A DNA stretch of 37,784 bases from Craspedostauros australis (GCA_030167865.1 JALAGF010001544.1:1-37784); one strand, 5' to 3'. Shown: positions 1-11,491, counted from the first letter of the stretch. A program made the numbers and translations. Notes: generated from the letters alone by a model not told the origin.

Positions 1-630
1 CATGCGTATCCAACTTGCTTCAACTCAAGCAATGGAATCCGAGTGTCAGCTTCAGCCACAGCCACTGCTTCATGACCGTCACCACTGATTGTCATGACCT
101 ACACTGCAGTGTAACTACATGTGCGGAGAGCAAGGTACTGTATTGACTGTCTACTCTGTTGCACTGAATCAAGTGCATCAGTGCAGGGTCTCGCCAAGTT
201 GTGTGGCATCGTTTCTTCACCCTACTAACACCAATAAGCTAACTCATAATAACGGACTAGGATTAGCTACAAAGCACTCTACTTCTCATCGTCACAAGTT
301 ATAACTATTCAAACAGCACACCTCTCTTGAACTGCATCACACGGCTATCCCGAAGCCGGCAGATTCACGAGGCATTCTCCACCGATTCGCGACGCCTACG
401 CACGAATCCTAACTTATCAGCATCAATTGCGCCAAATCCAAGTTGGAGGCAAGCAGTAGCCATTGTCTTGCTTTTGAATGTAGACCGTGTGTAAGAGCTT
501 CGTTCAAGCATGTCGTTATTGCTTAGCTCCGCCAGCCGCATTCTGAGATGATGATTGCTGTGTTGACTTTGTTGATCAGGTGCGTGGATGTGGATGTGGC
601 ACAGCCTGAATGCACCGGCCAACCCGACTC

Positions 631-654
631 GTTGGTTGGTTGGTTGGTTGGTTG
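631..654. repeat. (GTTG)n microsatellite
   Basis: gttggttggttggttggttggttg read directly. Confidence 0.9.
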
Positions 655-1611
655 ATCCATGTGTCTCGCGGCCCTCTCAACAACTGAGGATCGGCAGCTG
701 CAGCTACGCGTACGAATCAGGCTCATGCGCTAGCGCCGTGACTTGCGGGTGTGGATATGAGCGGAGCACAGCATACTCGGCACATGCATTGCGTTTACGA
801 CAAGCATGCATTTTGGTTTGGGATGTTGCAATCGGGACAAGAATGGCAACAACAACGTTGAGGACCATGGCGATGACGAATCGCAACAGGCTCCTACATC
901 CGTGTCACTCTGAAGCTCTGCACCATGCACTTCCCACAAGACACATCCTCATGACATTCGATTCTCAATACTCCAGCAATAGGAGTACTGGAACACGTAC
1001 GATTTCATCGGGTCCAACACAGAGTATCCTAAACACAAGGTGTGCCTCCCACATGATCGCCGTACTCGCTTTGACTTCTTTGGTGTCGTCGGAGATGGAA
1101 TACTCTCATCGACTGCGTGCGTTTGCTGGATCGGGGTATGGGTTGCATGGGTTTGACTGATGATGGCAGCGGACGAACACACGCAACTATCGTGCTGTGA
1201 GAGTTGGAATCCTGTGACAGCAGTGGCGCTGATGGACAGCCATTCCTCGCGAAGTCTGCTCCTGGCGTGAAGAGTTGGAGATGAGATCGAGCATTATTGT
1301 GAAGTATCACTGCAAATGTATGTACGGACAGCAGCTCCATCACAAGAAGAGCTCATCACAAAGCACGTCGGCGCGGACGGTAACATCTCCATTAGCGCCA
1401 GTTCGCGTATACTCCGAAGCCGATTCCACTACTGACACATGACAGGAGGGTCGGTGTGGTGACGGTGTGCAAGCGGCTTGTCGAAGCATCCGAGAGATGA
1501 TTGCCAACAACACGGCTGCTGTCGATTGTGTATTCGGTACAAGTGGATTGGCCAGCGATGGTGCGGTCTTGTGTTGTTCCTGTTGCTGTTGTCGATTCGG
1601 TGGTGGGTGGG

Positions 1612-1642
1612 TGGATGGATGGATGGATGGATGGATGGATGG
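1612..1642. repeat. (TGGA)n microsatellite
   Basis: tggatggatgga... run read directly. Confidence 0.9.
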
Positions 1643-2682
1643 GCTCGTGTGTGGTTTTGTGACCTCTGTGTTGGATCCGTCAAAAGCGTCTTTGCATTCT
1701 CAACTCACGATCGCCCATCACAAATCGGCCACAAAGTGAACACATCAATGACAAAACGGAACAACCACCAGCGTACGAGTGTTCATGACCACAACACAGA
1801 TCTCCGCTCTACTCGTGCTGTGGATCCATCCGGGATCACCGCTATCGACCGAGCATCATGCTGCCTCTCGATCATCGCATCAAGCAGGACCGCCCGACCG
1901 CAGACGAGGTGAGTTCCGCTGCCGTTGTCTGAGACTTTCTCGTCGTCTCCGCCGTCTGAAGGTGCAAGCCAAGCATTTGCGGAAGATGGAGCCACGAGGG
2001 ATGAATCCGGCAACCGCACTCCCAACACCACACTGTGCATGAGCACGCTCACACCAAGACCGAGCACAAATGACACTCAATTGAATTCATCATCGATGTT
2101 GTGAAGGACGTCAACGATGTCCATGGTGGCAGCGGAAGCACTGCCAATGGATGTCTCCTCCCAGCATACGGATGTTGAGGACTCCACACGGTCTCCTCTC
2201 CGCCATGCCGTCAAGATGTGCTTTGAATGCCGCTGAACGTTGTTCTTCATGTTGCCTTCTCGTCAATTCCTGATCGATTCGTGCTCTTGGCTGCCAGCAT
2301 GAGCTGCGGCCGCGGATGTAGCGTTGCGCGCGTCGGAAATGCTGCACGCACACATCTACTGGCCGATGGCTGCTCGATCTATCCATCGCTTGCACCCGAT
2401 CTGCAGTCATATCCTCCCAAGTTGGGAGTGTCGCCGTCCGAACTTGTACTATGTTGTGCCCAATGGTCCGCGAGGAGCGAGTCAAGCGCGATTCTCGAGT
2501 CACGAATCCTCACATTTCTCTTCGACACGCACATCGGCAACAAGCTGGAGCAATACCACTCTGGGGCGAAGTTCCCTCCATCGTGGACACACTCAAGGGA
2601 GATGAGTTGTGACAGGTGAGCTCAAGACAGATAGAAAGAGATGGCGACGATGTCCGCGATGATTGTGATGTGGAGAGGATCG

Positions 2683-2748
2683 CAAACAAAACAAAACAAA
2701 ACAAAACAAAACAAAACAAAACAAAACAAAACAACAACAACAACAACA
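2683..2748. repeat. compound (AAAAC)n + (AAC)n microsatellite
   Basis: Run of aaaac units followed by aacaacaac, downstream of the Tic20-like gene. Confidence 0.9.
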
Positions 2749-2960
2749 TCATCCACTTCGAATGTCTGTTTGTCTGTCTGTTGATGTGTTGGTCTATATA
2801 CATGTATGTCTGTTTACACATGTCCGTTTGAATACGTGTCTGTCTGTTCGGATGTGTGTGTATGTGTTGGCGTTTGTATTGTTGGTTACAGTTGTGGTTT
2901 TGCTTGTTGTGTTCGACTCCACATTTTCCTTCATGTGTTGCTTTGCGCCCCTCGTTTCAT

Positions 2961-4175
2961 TTACTTCCCATCCTTGTCGTCCTTCTTGTTGTCGGTCTGG
3001 GCTTCATCTTCGTCGCGCATGTTGCGTGGGATGAATCGGCCAGTGTCATCGAACATGTCGGCCGACAGGGTTCTGTCTTCGACTGCCTTGGAGATGAGGG
3101 GGAGCTTGTTCGGCGTGGCCCCGGCCAGGGAGCTGACGGTGCAGTAGGCCACGGCCAGGAGGAGACTGCCGAAGATGAGGTCCGAACCGAGCTCAGTGAC
3201 GACGGATGGGACACTGACACCGGCACCGCCCATGACGAGCGCGAAGATGGCGGCAAGGAGACCAGGGAAGAAGAGAGCGATGTCCAAGAAGATGGCCTGC
3301 TGCATGTTGAATCGGATGAGGCGGTTCAATCCTGGGTTTCCGGAAAGGACGTTGAGGACGAGGAAAGTGATGAATCCGGAGAATGGGACGGATCTGTACA
3401 GCGTGTACAGCAAGGCCAAGGCGATGGCGGCGGGGTTGTCCTGGTTCTCCATGACGAGGAAACGTCCGAATTGGAGGCTGTCCATCAGGGGGAACAGGTA
3501 CGGCAACACCGACAGGACCTTGTCCTTCGTCGTGGGTGCCTTGTCGTTGATGAGATCCAGCTTGGCCTGTGCCAGGGCGGCATTTTCGGCTGCCAGCTGC
3601 GCCTGCTTAGCCGCCTCTCTTGCCTGCGCCTTCTCCTCCCGCGCGAGTGCCTCGATCTTGTTTCGGAACTTGTCCACGCCGACAAATTCATCCAGCTGCA
3701 GGGCGCCGTCGCCGGACACGTCGAAATCCTCCATGAGCTTTCTCACGCGCTGATCCGGGAGATCCGTTTTGAGGATCTTCTCCAGTCCCGCCTTGAGCTC
3801 ATCGAAGGAGACTTCGCCGTCCTTGTTGGTGTCGAATTTGCGGAAAGCATTCTCGGCGGCCTCGGCGAGTTCGTCCGCGCGGTCGGCTTCCAGGGCGGCT
3901 GCCTCCGCACGCAGCTTGGCGGCCATGGACTTGAGGCGTTCGATTTCATCGTCGTTCTTGACCTGCGCATCGGTGGATTGGGAGTACAGTTGCGTGGAGG
4001 CGGCGATTCTGGCAGTCGGCGACAACGAAAGCGTCGGTGTGCTGTGGACGTTCATGCGGTTGCGACTCAGAGAATTGGCTCCGCGGGGAGTTGGCGTCGA
4101 AAAGGCATCGGCCTGCTGGGTGCTGCAGAGAACGGCGGCGCCCATGATGGTGGATGTGGCAAGTGTGAGCTTCAT
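2961..4175 (-). CDS. Plastid-targeted Tic20/Ycf60-family membrane protein with an EF-hand pair
   Basis: 404-aa intronless ORF. Signal peptide ends ...QQADA-F followed by a Ser/Thr/Arg-rich transit peptide. EF loops are DTNKDGEVSFDE and DVSGDGALQLDE. The C-terminal region has Tic20-like motifs (DKVLSVLPYLFPLMDSLQFGRF; LNRLIRFNMQQAIFLDIALFFP; GATPNKLPLISKAV). Confidence 0.85.
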   Translation of the reverse strand: MKLTLATSTIMGAAVLCSTQQADAFSTPTPRGANSLSRNRMNVHSTPTLSLSPTARIAASTQLYSQSTDAQVKNDDEIERLKSMAAKLRAEAAALEADRADELAEAAENAFRKFDTNKDGEVSFDELKAGLEKILKTDLPDQRVRKLMEDFDVSGDGALQLDEFVGVDKFRNKIEALAREEKAQAREAAKQAQLAAENAALAQAKLDLINDKAPTTKDKVLSVLPYLFPLMDSLQFGRFLVMENQDNPAAIALALLYTLYRSVPFSGFITFLVLNVLSGNPGLNRLIRFNMQQAIFLDIALFFPGLLAAIFALVMGGAGVSVPSVVTELGSDLIFGSLLLAVAYCTVSSLAGATPNKLPLISKAVEDRTLSADMFDDTGRFIPRNMRDEDEAQTDNKKDDKDGK

Positions 4176-5587
4176 GTTGTTATTCTTGTGATTGGTGGTA
4201 TTGAAGGTATTGGTTATTGTCGTGTGTGTTATTGTGGTTGTGATGTGGCTTGTGTCAAGTTGTCTTTTTGTTGAATTACTTTACTTTTGGTGTGCTTGTT
4301 TGTTGTTGCGGTTTCAATTTTATGAGCCGAGTTGGTTTGGATGGGATGGATGGATGGATCGACGGATTGGCCGATGGATGAACACAGTACCGAATTGGGT
4401 TTCGCTTGTGATGACTGTTGCTTTGGGTGCTGTTTGCGAACTTGCTCTTTCTTGGAACCACCAAGATGCGATGAGATGGCTAGTGAAGGGTGTGGTTTGT
4501 TGTCTGATGTGTGTTGTCTGATGTGTGTTGTGGCGGGTGACACCAGAAGGTTCAATGAGTTGGATGTTGGATGTTGACACCCAGTGCCGTGTTTGTTTGT
4601 GCCACCGCTATCGATGCGGTCATCTCCACACTGGAGCTCGTTTCCGCCATGGTCTTAATTTCTCCTTCTCTGCGATGATTTTGCGTGTGTTTGTGCGTTG
4701 TTGGCATTGCGGATCGGAGAAGAAAAGATACGAGGCGTTGCTGCTGACGTCAGTGTCGTGTTTGGTTGGGTGGCGATTGCAAACGTGACATGGCGACTGG
4801 TTTGGGTTGAGCTGGTGACGGTGTTTTGGATCTTCAACGAAGGAATTCTCCAACAAACGAACTCTTGTGCAAGTTTTGTCGAGTCGTTCTTCCAAAATGA
4901 TAGCTGTGTGACTCTTTTGTTGATCGTGGCATCGCGCGCATCTGTGAATGCCGATGAGTGGCAGAATCTTGACGATAGATGAAAGTAATTCAACGGTGTC
5001 ACTTGATTACACGTATACTATTATGTGGAATACAAGCAACTATTGATGTACCATGCGCACGAGCATACTACACAAGTGAAGAAGCAAAAGAAGGCTATTC
5101 GCACGTCGGCCGTTCATCATGCTCATGTGTGGTGACAATGTGTAGAGAAAGTGCGAGAAAGAAAACCTGCCAGAGCGCTCTAGGTACTTTGCCGTACGAG
5201 CAAGCGCATGCGCAATGTACATGCTCCATGGCAATGATGATAGAGAGTGGAATATATGGCAGACTTTCATTGTGATTCTTCTTCATCAACTAATTGATGA
5301 ATGATTGACTACATAGCGTTGCTCGGATGAGTACTCGTACTGGTCGCTTGCGTGTTGCCTGGGCTGACAGATTGACTCCGATGCCTCGTCCCCTCGATGG
5401 AGAATGGATGGAGCCCAGCTCGCATCCCCCAGAATCCAGTACTGTCGGTTGATCATTCTGCTGTCAACTCGATGTTGTCTTAAAGTATTGTTCTATATCA
5501 GATCTTACTTAGACGACACGATCCGGCGTGCTGCCTTCTTCCGCCCTTCCCATCCTCGTGGTTTGCGTGCGAATGGTGGTCATCGAT

Positions 5588-7656
5588 TTACCATCTCAGC
5601 ACATCGCTTCCGCTCTCATCGCCGCCGTTGTTGCCATTGTTGTCGTCCCAGCGGTTCTGGTTGTTCTGTTTTCCGGAAGGACGGGCGGTGGCCTCGGACA
5701 CGCGGATGATGCGGTCATCGAGCTCCATGCCGTCGAGGTTGTCGAGAGCAGATTGGGCGTCTTCTTTGCTCATGGTGACGAACGCAAATCCCTTGCGGTT
5801 GCCGGTGTCGCGGTCCGTTGGTACGTAGCAGTCCAGAACTTCGCCGAACTCGCTGAACACGTCCTCAAGAGTCTCTGGGTTGGTGTCCCAAGAAAGGTTG
5901 CCGCAGAACATCTTCACGCTTTTGACTGTTGTGATGCGTGGGCAGGTTATGGAATGCATATGGCGTAGTGATGGTGGGCGATGGTGATGGTTGCCATTGG
6001 GGATGGATGGATTAGGCGTCGTGGAGTTTCGGGTTTACGATCACGTGCCAAATGGAAACAATAGGAAGGCGCGACAGGGGAGATTGTTAGAGCACATTTC
6101 CAGTGAGGTTGTCAAAGCATAAAATGAGGCGGATGCTCCCCCATGTCGGTCGCGACGAGAGTAGTGGAGGCAGCAGTATATACACCAGACGTAGCAGGAT
6201 GCCAATGGGGTGTTGCAGATCCGCGCAACATCGATTCGAGCAGACCCAAACTGCACTCACCTCTTTGACCGCGGTTCTTCTGCGGTGGACGCGGGTGGCT
6301 CACCGTCACCCGTCGGCCCAAAGATTCATCTCCCTGCATTCGTTCGGTTGCGTCATTGATGTCGGTTGTGAATTTCATTGTCATGGATTGTATTGGAGTA
6401 GTGTTGTATCATGTTGAGTAGCATCGTATGAGAACGTGATATCAGACGGTGAAGGATGAGCGGACCAGGCGCGTGAGAGAGTTGTTCACGAGAGGAACCG
6501 AGAAGATGAGAATACGGAACGAGGGAAGTTGATCGTACAAACCATAAACAGCATGGGCATCCGATGCGAAGTTGCATGGAGCGCAATTGAATAGAGCAGT
6601 GCACAAGATGAACACAATATTTGCATGGTAGGTGTGCGCACTCATGACCACGGAACGCACGGGATATTTCCGAAGGGTTTCATCATGAAGTTCAACGCAT
6701 ACCAGAACGGCAGCACGACAGGCGCTGGTGTTGCTCTCTCATTGGCCACGCATGTTGCATGTTGTTTGACTCACGTTCAAGGTGTCGATGGCGGTTTCGA
6801 TGGCATCGGACTCAATCGTGACGAATCCGAATCCCTTCAAAACACCATCATCTCTCTTTGGAAGGTAGATATCGCGGACCTCTCCGAACTGAACGAAGAG
6901 CTCCTTGATGTCAGCCTCCGTGACGTCGAATGGAAGGCTTCCGATGTAGACCTTGCCGAAGCCTTCGTCGACATGCTTGATTTTTGGTTTGGCGGTTTGG
7001 CGATCGTCAGAGTTCTCGACGCGGATTTGACGTCCTGCGATGTCGCGGCCATTGGTGCCCGTGATGGCAAGATCCATTTCCTCCTTGGAGGACATGTCGA
7101 CGAACGCGAAACCGCGTCCGCGTCCGGTCTGTCTGTGGCGTGGGAGGCTGACGAATTTGACGCCGCCAAACTCGGCGTACACCTCCTTGATCTCTTCGAC
7201 GGTGACGTCGAATGGCAGGTTGCCGATGAAGATGGTGAAGCGCTCTTCGTCCTTGTTGAAGAAACCGGTCGTCATTGGCTTGGCAGGCACGGCTTCTGCG
7301 CCTTCCTCCGATGCGGATTCAACGGCGGTCTCCTCCGAAGCGGATGCAACGGTGGTCTCCTCCGAAGTGGATTCAACGGTGGTCTCCTCTGAAGCGGATT
7401 CAACGGCGGTCTCCTCCGAAGCGGATTCAACGGTGGTCTCCTCCGAAGCGGATTCAACGGCGGTCTCCTCTGCTGGCGTGTCAACGACGTTGACGGCGTC
7501 GCCAACCTCGTCGCCTGCAACGGCATGGAGGGCGGTGAAGACGGATTGCTTCTGGCGCTGGACGACAGAGGTGAGCGGTTTGGATGGAAGAACCCAGGCT
7601 TCGCACACGGTGGCGCTGAGCGAGAGCAGCAGAACGACTTGCTTGGTGATGATCAT
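5588..7656 (-). CDS. Plastid-targeted RNA-binding protein with 3 RRMs; exons 7656-6775, 6333-6261, 5925-5588
   Basis: Signal peptide ends VCEA-W. RNP2/RNP1 pairs: IFIGNL/RGFAFVDM, VYIGSL/KGFGFVTI, MFCGNL/KGFAFVTM. GTGAGT donors at 6774 and 6260 and CAG acceptors at 6334 and 5926 give consistent phases (0, then 1) and join as DTLN|GDESLGRRVTVS and QR-V|KSVKMFCGNL. Confidence 0.9.
7304..7470 (-). repeat. Coding tandem repeat, 6 x 27 bp (EET[AT]V[EA]S[AT]S), in the acidic linker of the RRM protein
   Basis: Unit tcctccgaagcggattcaacggYggtc starts at 7304, 7331, 7358, 7385, 7412 and 7439. Confidence 0.9.
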
Positions 7657-8042
7657 GATGGAGCTGTTGGGGGTTGATGATCTGCGAGTTCAATTATAAC
7701 CGAACAATAAAATTGTAAGAAGACGAGCCTACTTGCTTTTGATACGAATGTGGGTTGCTCTGGCCGAGTGTGTTGTGGCGACGAATTGTTGCGAATGGTA
7801 TCACAAGTGCTTTCGTTGACGACTGGCGGTGAGAGCCTCCCCCTGGTTGAAGCTCTCTCTGGTGTGTTGCGTGGAAGAAGTTGGGCATTCTGCGGCGAGG
7901 AGTGCGTGGAGGCTGTTGCGTGAAAGGAGACTTCCAGACGGAACACGAACGCATTCTGAAACATTGGGTTATCAGCTCAAAAATGCTCCATCCAGTCATG
8001 GATGATATCCTCGACTGCAACAATCGCAACAACTTCGCGAAC

Positions 8043-8047
8043 AAAAA
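8043..8047 (-). terminator. RNA polymerase III oligo-T terminator of tRNA-Pro
   Basis: TTTTT directly follows the discriminator base on the minus strand. Confidence 0.75.
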
Positions 8048-8119
8048 GGTCGTCTCCGGGAATCGAACCCGGGACCTCCACCACCCTAAAGTGGAATCAT
8101 GCCCCTAGACCAAGACGAC
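8048..8119 (-). tRNA. tRNA-Pro (anticodon AGG)
   Basis: Reverse complement folds as GTCGTCT/AGACGAC acceptor stem, D-arm GTCTAGGGGCATGAT, anticodon arm CCACT-TTAGGGT-GGTGG and T-arm CCGGG-TTCGATT-CCCGG; 72 nt, no intron. Confidence 0.95.
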
Positions 8120-8140
8120 TTGCCATACGCATGTCAAATT

Positions 8141-8160
8141 TATGCTATAAATATTCTAAT
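8141..8160 (-). promoter_or_regulatory. TATA-like AT-rich element about 25-35 nt upstream of tRNA-Pro
   Basis: Minus strand reads ATTAGAATATTTATAGCATA in an otherwise mixed-GC context, at the usual TFIIIB position. Confidence 0.5.
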
Positions 8161-8453
8161 TTCTTGTTGTCTCAGTATTTGGAACTTCATGGACTTTGTG
8201 GCTTTGAAATCCGTTTCTTTGGTGGTCATGGCATCTTGACTCGCTCCCGCTCTCAGGTACTCCGACACTTGGAGTGTGCATAAAATAAATAGTACAACAG
8301 TAGCATGGAAAGGAAGTCCACAATTCGTTCGCGCTTGCGAAAGCTGAGAGTGACTTCAACACATTGCCAGCCCACGAAGTCGCTGTTATTCAAAGGAGAA
8401 AGAGAGAGCCTCAAGTTCTATTATCTCCACGGTTTTCTCTGCTCAACTCTGCT

Positions 8454-9596
8454 TTATTCCTCCATGGTTTGGTCTGCCGTTTCTTCCACAGGGAGCTTCT
8501 TACGGATGCGCTCCGCGAAGCCTGCGAACGCCTTGCTCGCCTTGCTGGTTGGATGGGACGCCACCACCGACTGGCCATTTTCACAGCAGGTCAAGATGGC
8601 TTTGTCCAGCGGCAGCATCCCCCAGTACTCCAAACCGTACCTCTCCGCCATGGCCTGAGGACCGCCAGTGTTCGGACTGAAGATGTTGGACGTGATGAAG
8701 GTGTCCAGAACATCTGGGCACTTCTCTCGCAGCGTGGCCAGCACCTCCTCCGTGCGGTCCTCACCTGCGGCGCTCTCGAAGTTCATGGACGAAAGCTGCG
8801 CTTCGTACCTGCCCATGTTCTCGATGACGCCGAGGATGGGGACCTTCGTCTTCTGGCAGAAGCTGATCTCCTTGCGGACGTCGGCCAGCGATACCTCCTC
8901 GGGCGTTGTGACGATGACGGCCCCCGCCACGGATCCGGCCTTTTGCAGGTACTGCACAGTCGAAATGTGCTCGTCGCTGGTTCCAGGAGGCGTATCGACG
9001 ATGAGGTAGTCCAGGCCGTCGGTGTCCCCGGTCCAATCCACCTCCGTCAGAAATTGCTGGATCAGACCGTTCTTTCTGGGACCACGCCACACCACCGCAG
9101 CGTCATGATCCTGCAGCATGAAGCTGATGCTCATCACGGCCAGGTTTGGGTTGGCGTAGACGGGCGTCCATGCCCCCGAGCTGGAACGCGTGATCTGTGC
9201 TGAGAGGAAGGACGATCCCATGGCCATCCGCGGCGCAGACGGTCCGCAAAGGTCGACGTCCAGCAACCCGACGGCGTAACCCTGACCTGCCAGGGTGTGG
9301 CAAAGCTGTGCCGCCACCGTCGACTTGCCGACGCCGCCCTTGCCACTGAGAACGAGGATGACGTGGGACACGTTGTCGAGGCTGGACTTCAACGCCTCAA
9401 CCTGTTGCTTGGCTGCATCCTGAGCATCTGGGGAGTTGAACTTCCCGCTCGCACAGGCCGACTGGTTGGGACATCCATCGCACGCGGAAGACTTGCCGGC
9501 ATCCTGGCTGGTCGGTCCAACGCACTCCGCGTTGGCATCATCCGGCACATCGGATGGCGTCGTCTTGTTGCTGCTGCCGTTGCTCTCCGTTGTCAT
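8454..9596 (-). CDS. NBP35: Cytosolic Fe-S cluster assembly factor NBP35/NUBP1 (P-loop NTPase)
   Basis: N-terminal CX13CX2CX5C (CVGPTSQDAGKSSACDGCPNQSAC), deviant Walker A SGKGGVGKST, VWRGPRK, DYLIVDTPPGTSDEH, TTPEEVSLADVRKEISFC and GVIENM. The first in-frame ATG is at 9596. Confidence 0.95.
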   Translation of the reverse strand: MTTESNGSSNKTTPSDVPDDANAECVGPTSQDAGKSSACDGCPNQSACASGKFNSPDAQDAAKQQVEALKSSLDNVSHVILVLSGKGGVGKSTVAAQLCHTLAGQGYAVGLLDVDLCGPSAPRMAMGSSFLSAQITRSSSGAWTPVYANPNLAVMSISFMLQDHDAAVVWRGPRKNGLIQQFLTEVDWTGDTDGLDYLIVDTPPGTSDEHISTVQYLQKAGSVAGAVIVTTPEEVSLADVRKEISFCQKTKVPILGVIENMGRYEAQLSSMNFESAAGEDRTEEVLATLREKCPDVLDTFITSNIFSPNTGGPQAMAERYGLEYWGMLPLDKAILTCCENGQSVVASHPTSKASKAFAGFAERIRKKLPVEETADQTMEE

Positions 9597-11491
9597 GGTT
9601 GCGATTGTTGTTGCGGGCACTCGACTTTATCTGTTTGGTATTATCGTTCTCTATGTTTGACGCAGGTTTGCGATCTACGAGCCACGAGTACGCTGCTCCG
9701 TCTGTATTGGTGTGTACGAGGATGTACGAGGATGAATGTTTGCACAACGATTATACGACCTGTGTCGGAATAAGTATCGCTCTGTAGGCTGGAACACGAA
9801 GCAGCTCAGCACTTGATGGACGTGAGTGTGTGCTGCTGTCCTCTTTGCTTTCAGTGTCGTTGTTGCCTCTGTTTCTGTTGTGTGGCAGTGTTCGCTTCCA
9901 CAAGAATCGAACCTCATCTCACATCACTTCGCATTGTCGTGGTGGGTGGCATTGCGTTCGATTGTGTTCGATTGTGGTGGTGTTCGTGTCACCAACAACA
10001 CGAACACGAAAATGGCGGGAAAAATGAGTCTATCTAGTCAAGGATCCCGCAGACAACGATTCCGTTTCGCCAAGCCCTGCAATTCCATCACCAACAACGA
10101 CACAGCAATCTGCCCCAACGGAATGATGATCATTCTCGTAGAGCACATTACCAGATGCTGCGCACCGTCGAAGCGTCGTCCATGGTTGCGATGGCTGAAC
10201 TGGTCGGCATGGTTGCAACACCGGTGACGGCGCTGACAACATCATGCCTCTCCCCGAAGTCGAGGCAACTCATGGACAACGACAACGTCATGTGACATTG
10301 ACGCCGGTTGAGACAGCTCGATCTATTCGCCAGTGCCGTGTTTGCGCTCTCGCATTCAACACTTTCTCTCTCCGAAGAGATCAAATGGGGAGATGGGGCG
10401 AAGAGGGGAGCGAGGAGAGCAGAGCAGAGGACCAGCAACTATGCTGATTGAGTTTCAAATGGAAATGATGGTTTTGGAACGACTCGTGGACAGTGATGAC
10501 GATGAGAGAGATGGTGGCCTCGAGCGAAGTCTCAATTCCAAGCCAAAGCCGCCTTGCAGATGGAATCTGGTCTCCGAGGGTTGCACGATCAGGACATCGC
10601 TCGAGGTGCCATTCTTCCTGTCGGTACCCCGTAACCGTACAGGCTCTTCTGGACGACTGGGTGGTATGTCGCCAAATGCTGCATACACTCACCATCTCTC
10701 GACTTGTCTCATTTTGGAACGACACGTCGTCTGTGATTGCAGGGTACCACCCACGACCAACATTTCGCCGTTCACCGTTCGTGGCTATGGGGATACACAA
10801 CAACACTAACCTTGTCATTGGCATTGTGGCATTGTGGCAGTGTGACAGTGTGACAGTGTGGCAGTGGGAGAACAAACATGGGGAAGACAACGCTTCTGTG
10901 TATGTGTTGTTCACAAAGAGATCGCCAATGCTCTCGACCGGTGAACCGCTCGCTTCATCAACCAGCCTATTCTCGGGATCGGCACCGGCTGTTCCTGGTT
11001 GTGTTGGACGAAAGGGGGTGATAAATGTGTTTTCATCAAACTGGTGACGTTGTTGCGAATGCAAATGACAAGGGAACAACAACAACAACAGCAACAACGA
11101 ATGCAACAACAATGCATTACATTGCTTTGCGTTGGAGTGTACTGTGCATGTTGCCGACATGTCATCCTTCTCCCCCTGTCCGGTCTTGCGCATGAGTGAG
11201 CGCGTGAGCGTGTCACTTCATCCGATGTCCACTCATCCCATCATCTGCTCACAAAATCAAAAGCGAAACAAGAACAAGCACAACAGCAGCAGCAGCAACA
11301 ACAACACCCATAGAACCAGAACATCAGCGAACGCGACAAAGCAATACAAAGATCAACAGTTAGAAGCCAGAATCCTATCAAATCAAGAGGATTCCAACAA
11401 AGCACAACCCACAACTCAGCACAGCCCAAACTAATAGAGTTCCGACATGACCATGAGCACCGAAAGCATCGAGAAGCGACTCAGAAGCAAC

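Noticed and set aside
1-2100. Possible transposon or gene in the first 2.1 kb
   Set aside because: Only short ORFs with no RT, integrase or transposase motifs; no LTRs or terminal inverted repeats seen.
2856-4274. 472-aa plus-strand ORF
   Set aside because: Antisense shadow of the Tic20/EF-hand gene. Codon bias removes stops on the opposite strand and no domain is recognisable.
7304-7470. Possible CRISPR-like array
   Set aside because: Head-to-tail repeats with no unique spacers, in frame inside a eukaryotic CDS, and no cas genes.
6625-7699. Plus-strand ORFs with repeats (255 aa, 219 aa)
   Set aside because: Antisense to the RRM gene; their repeats simply mirror the 27-bp coding repeat.
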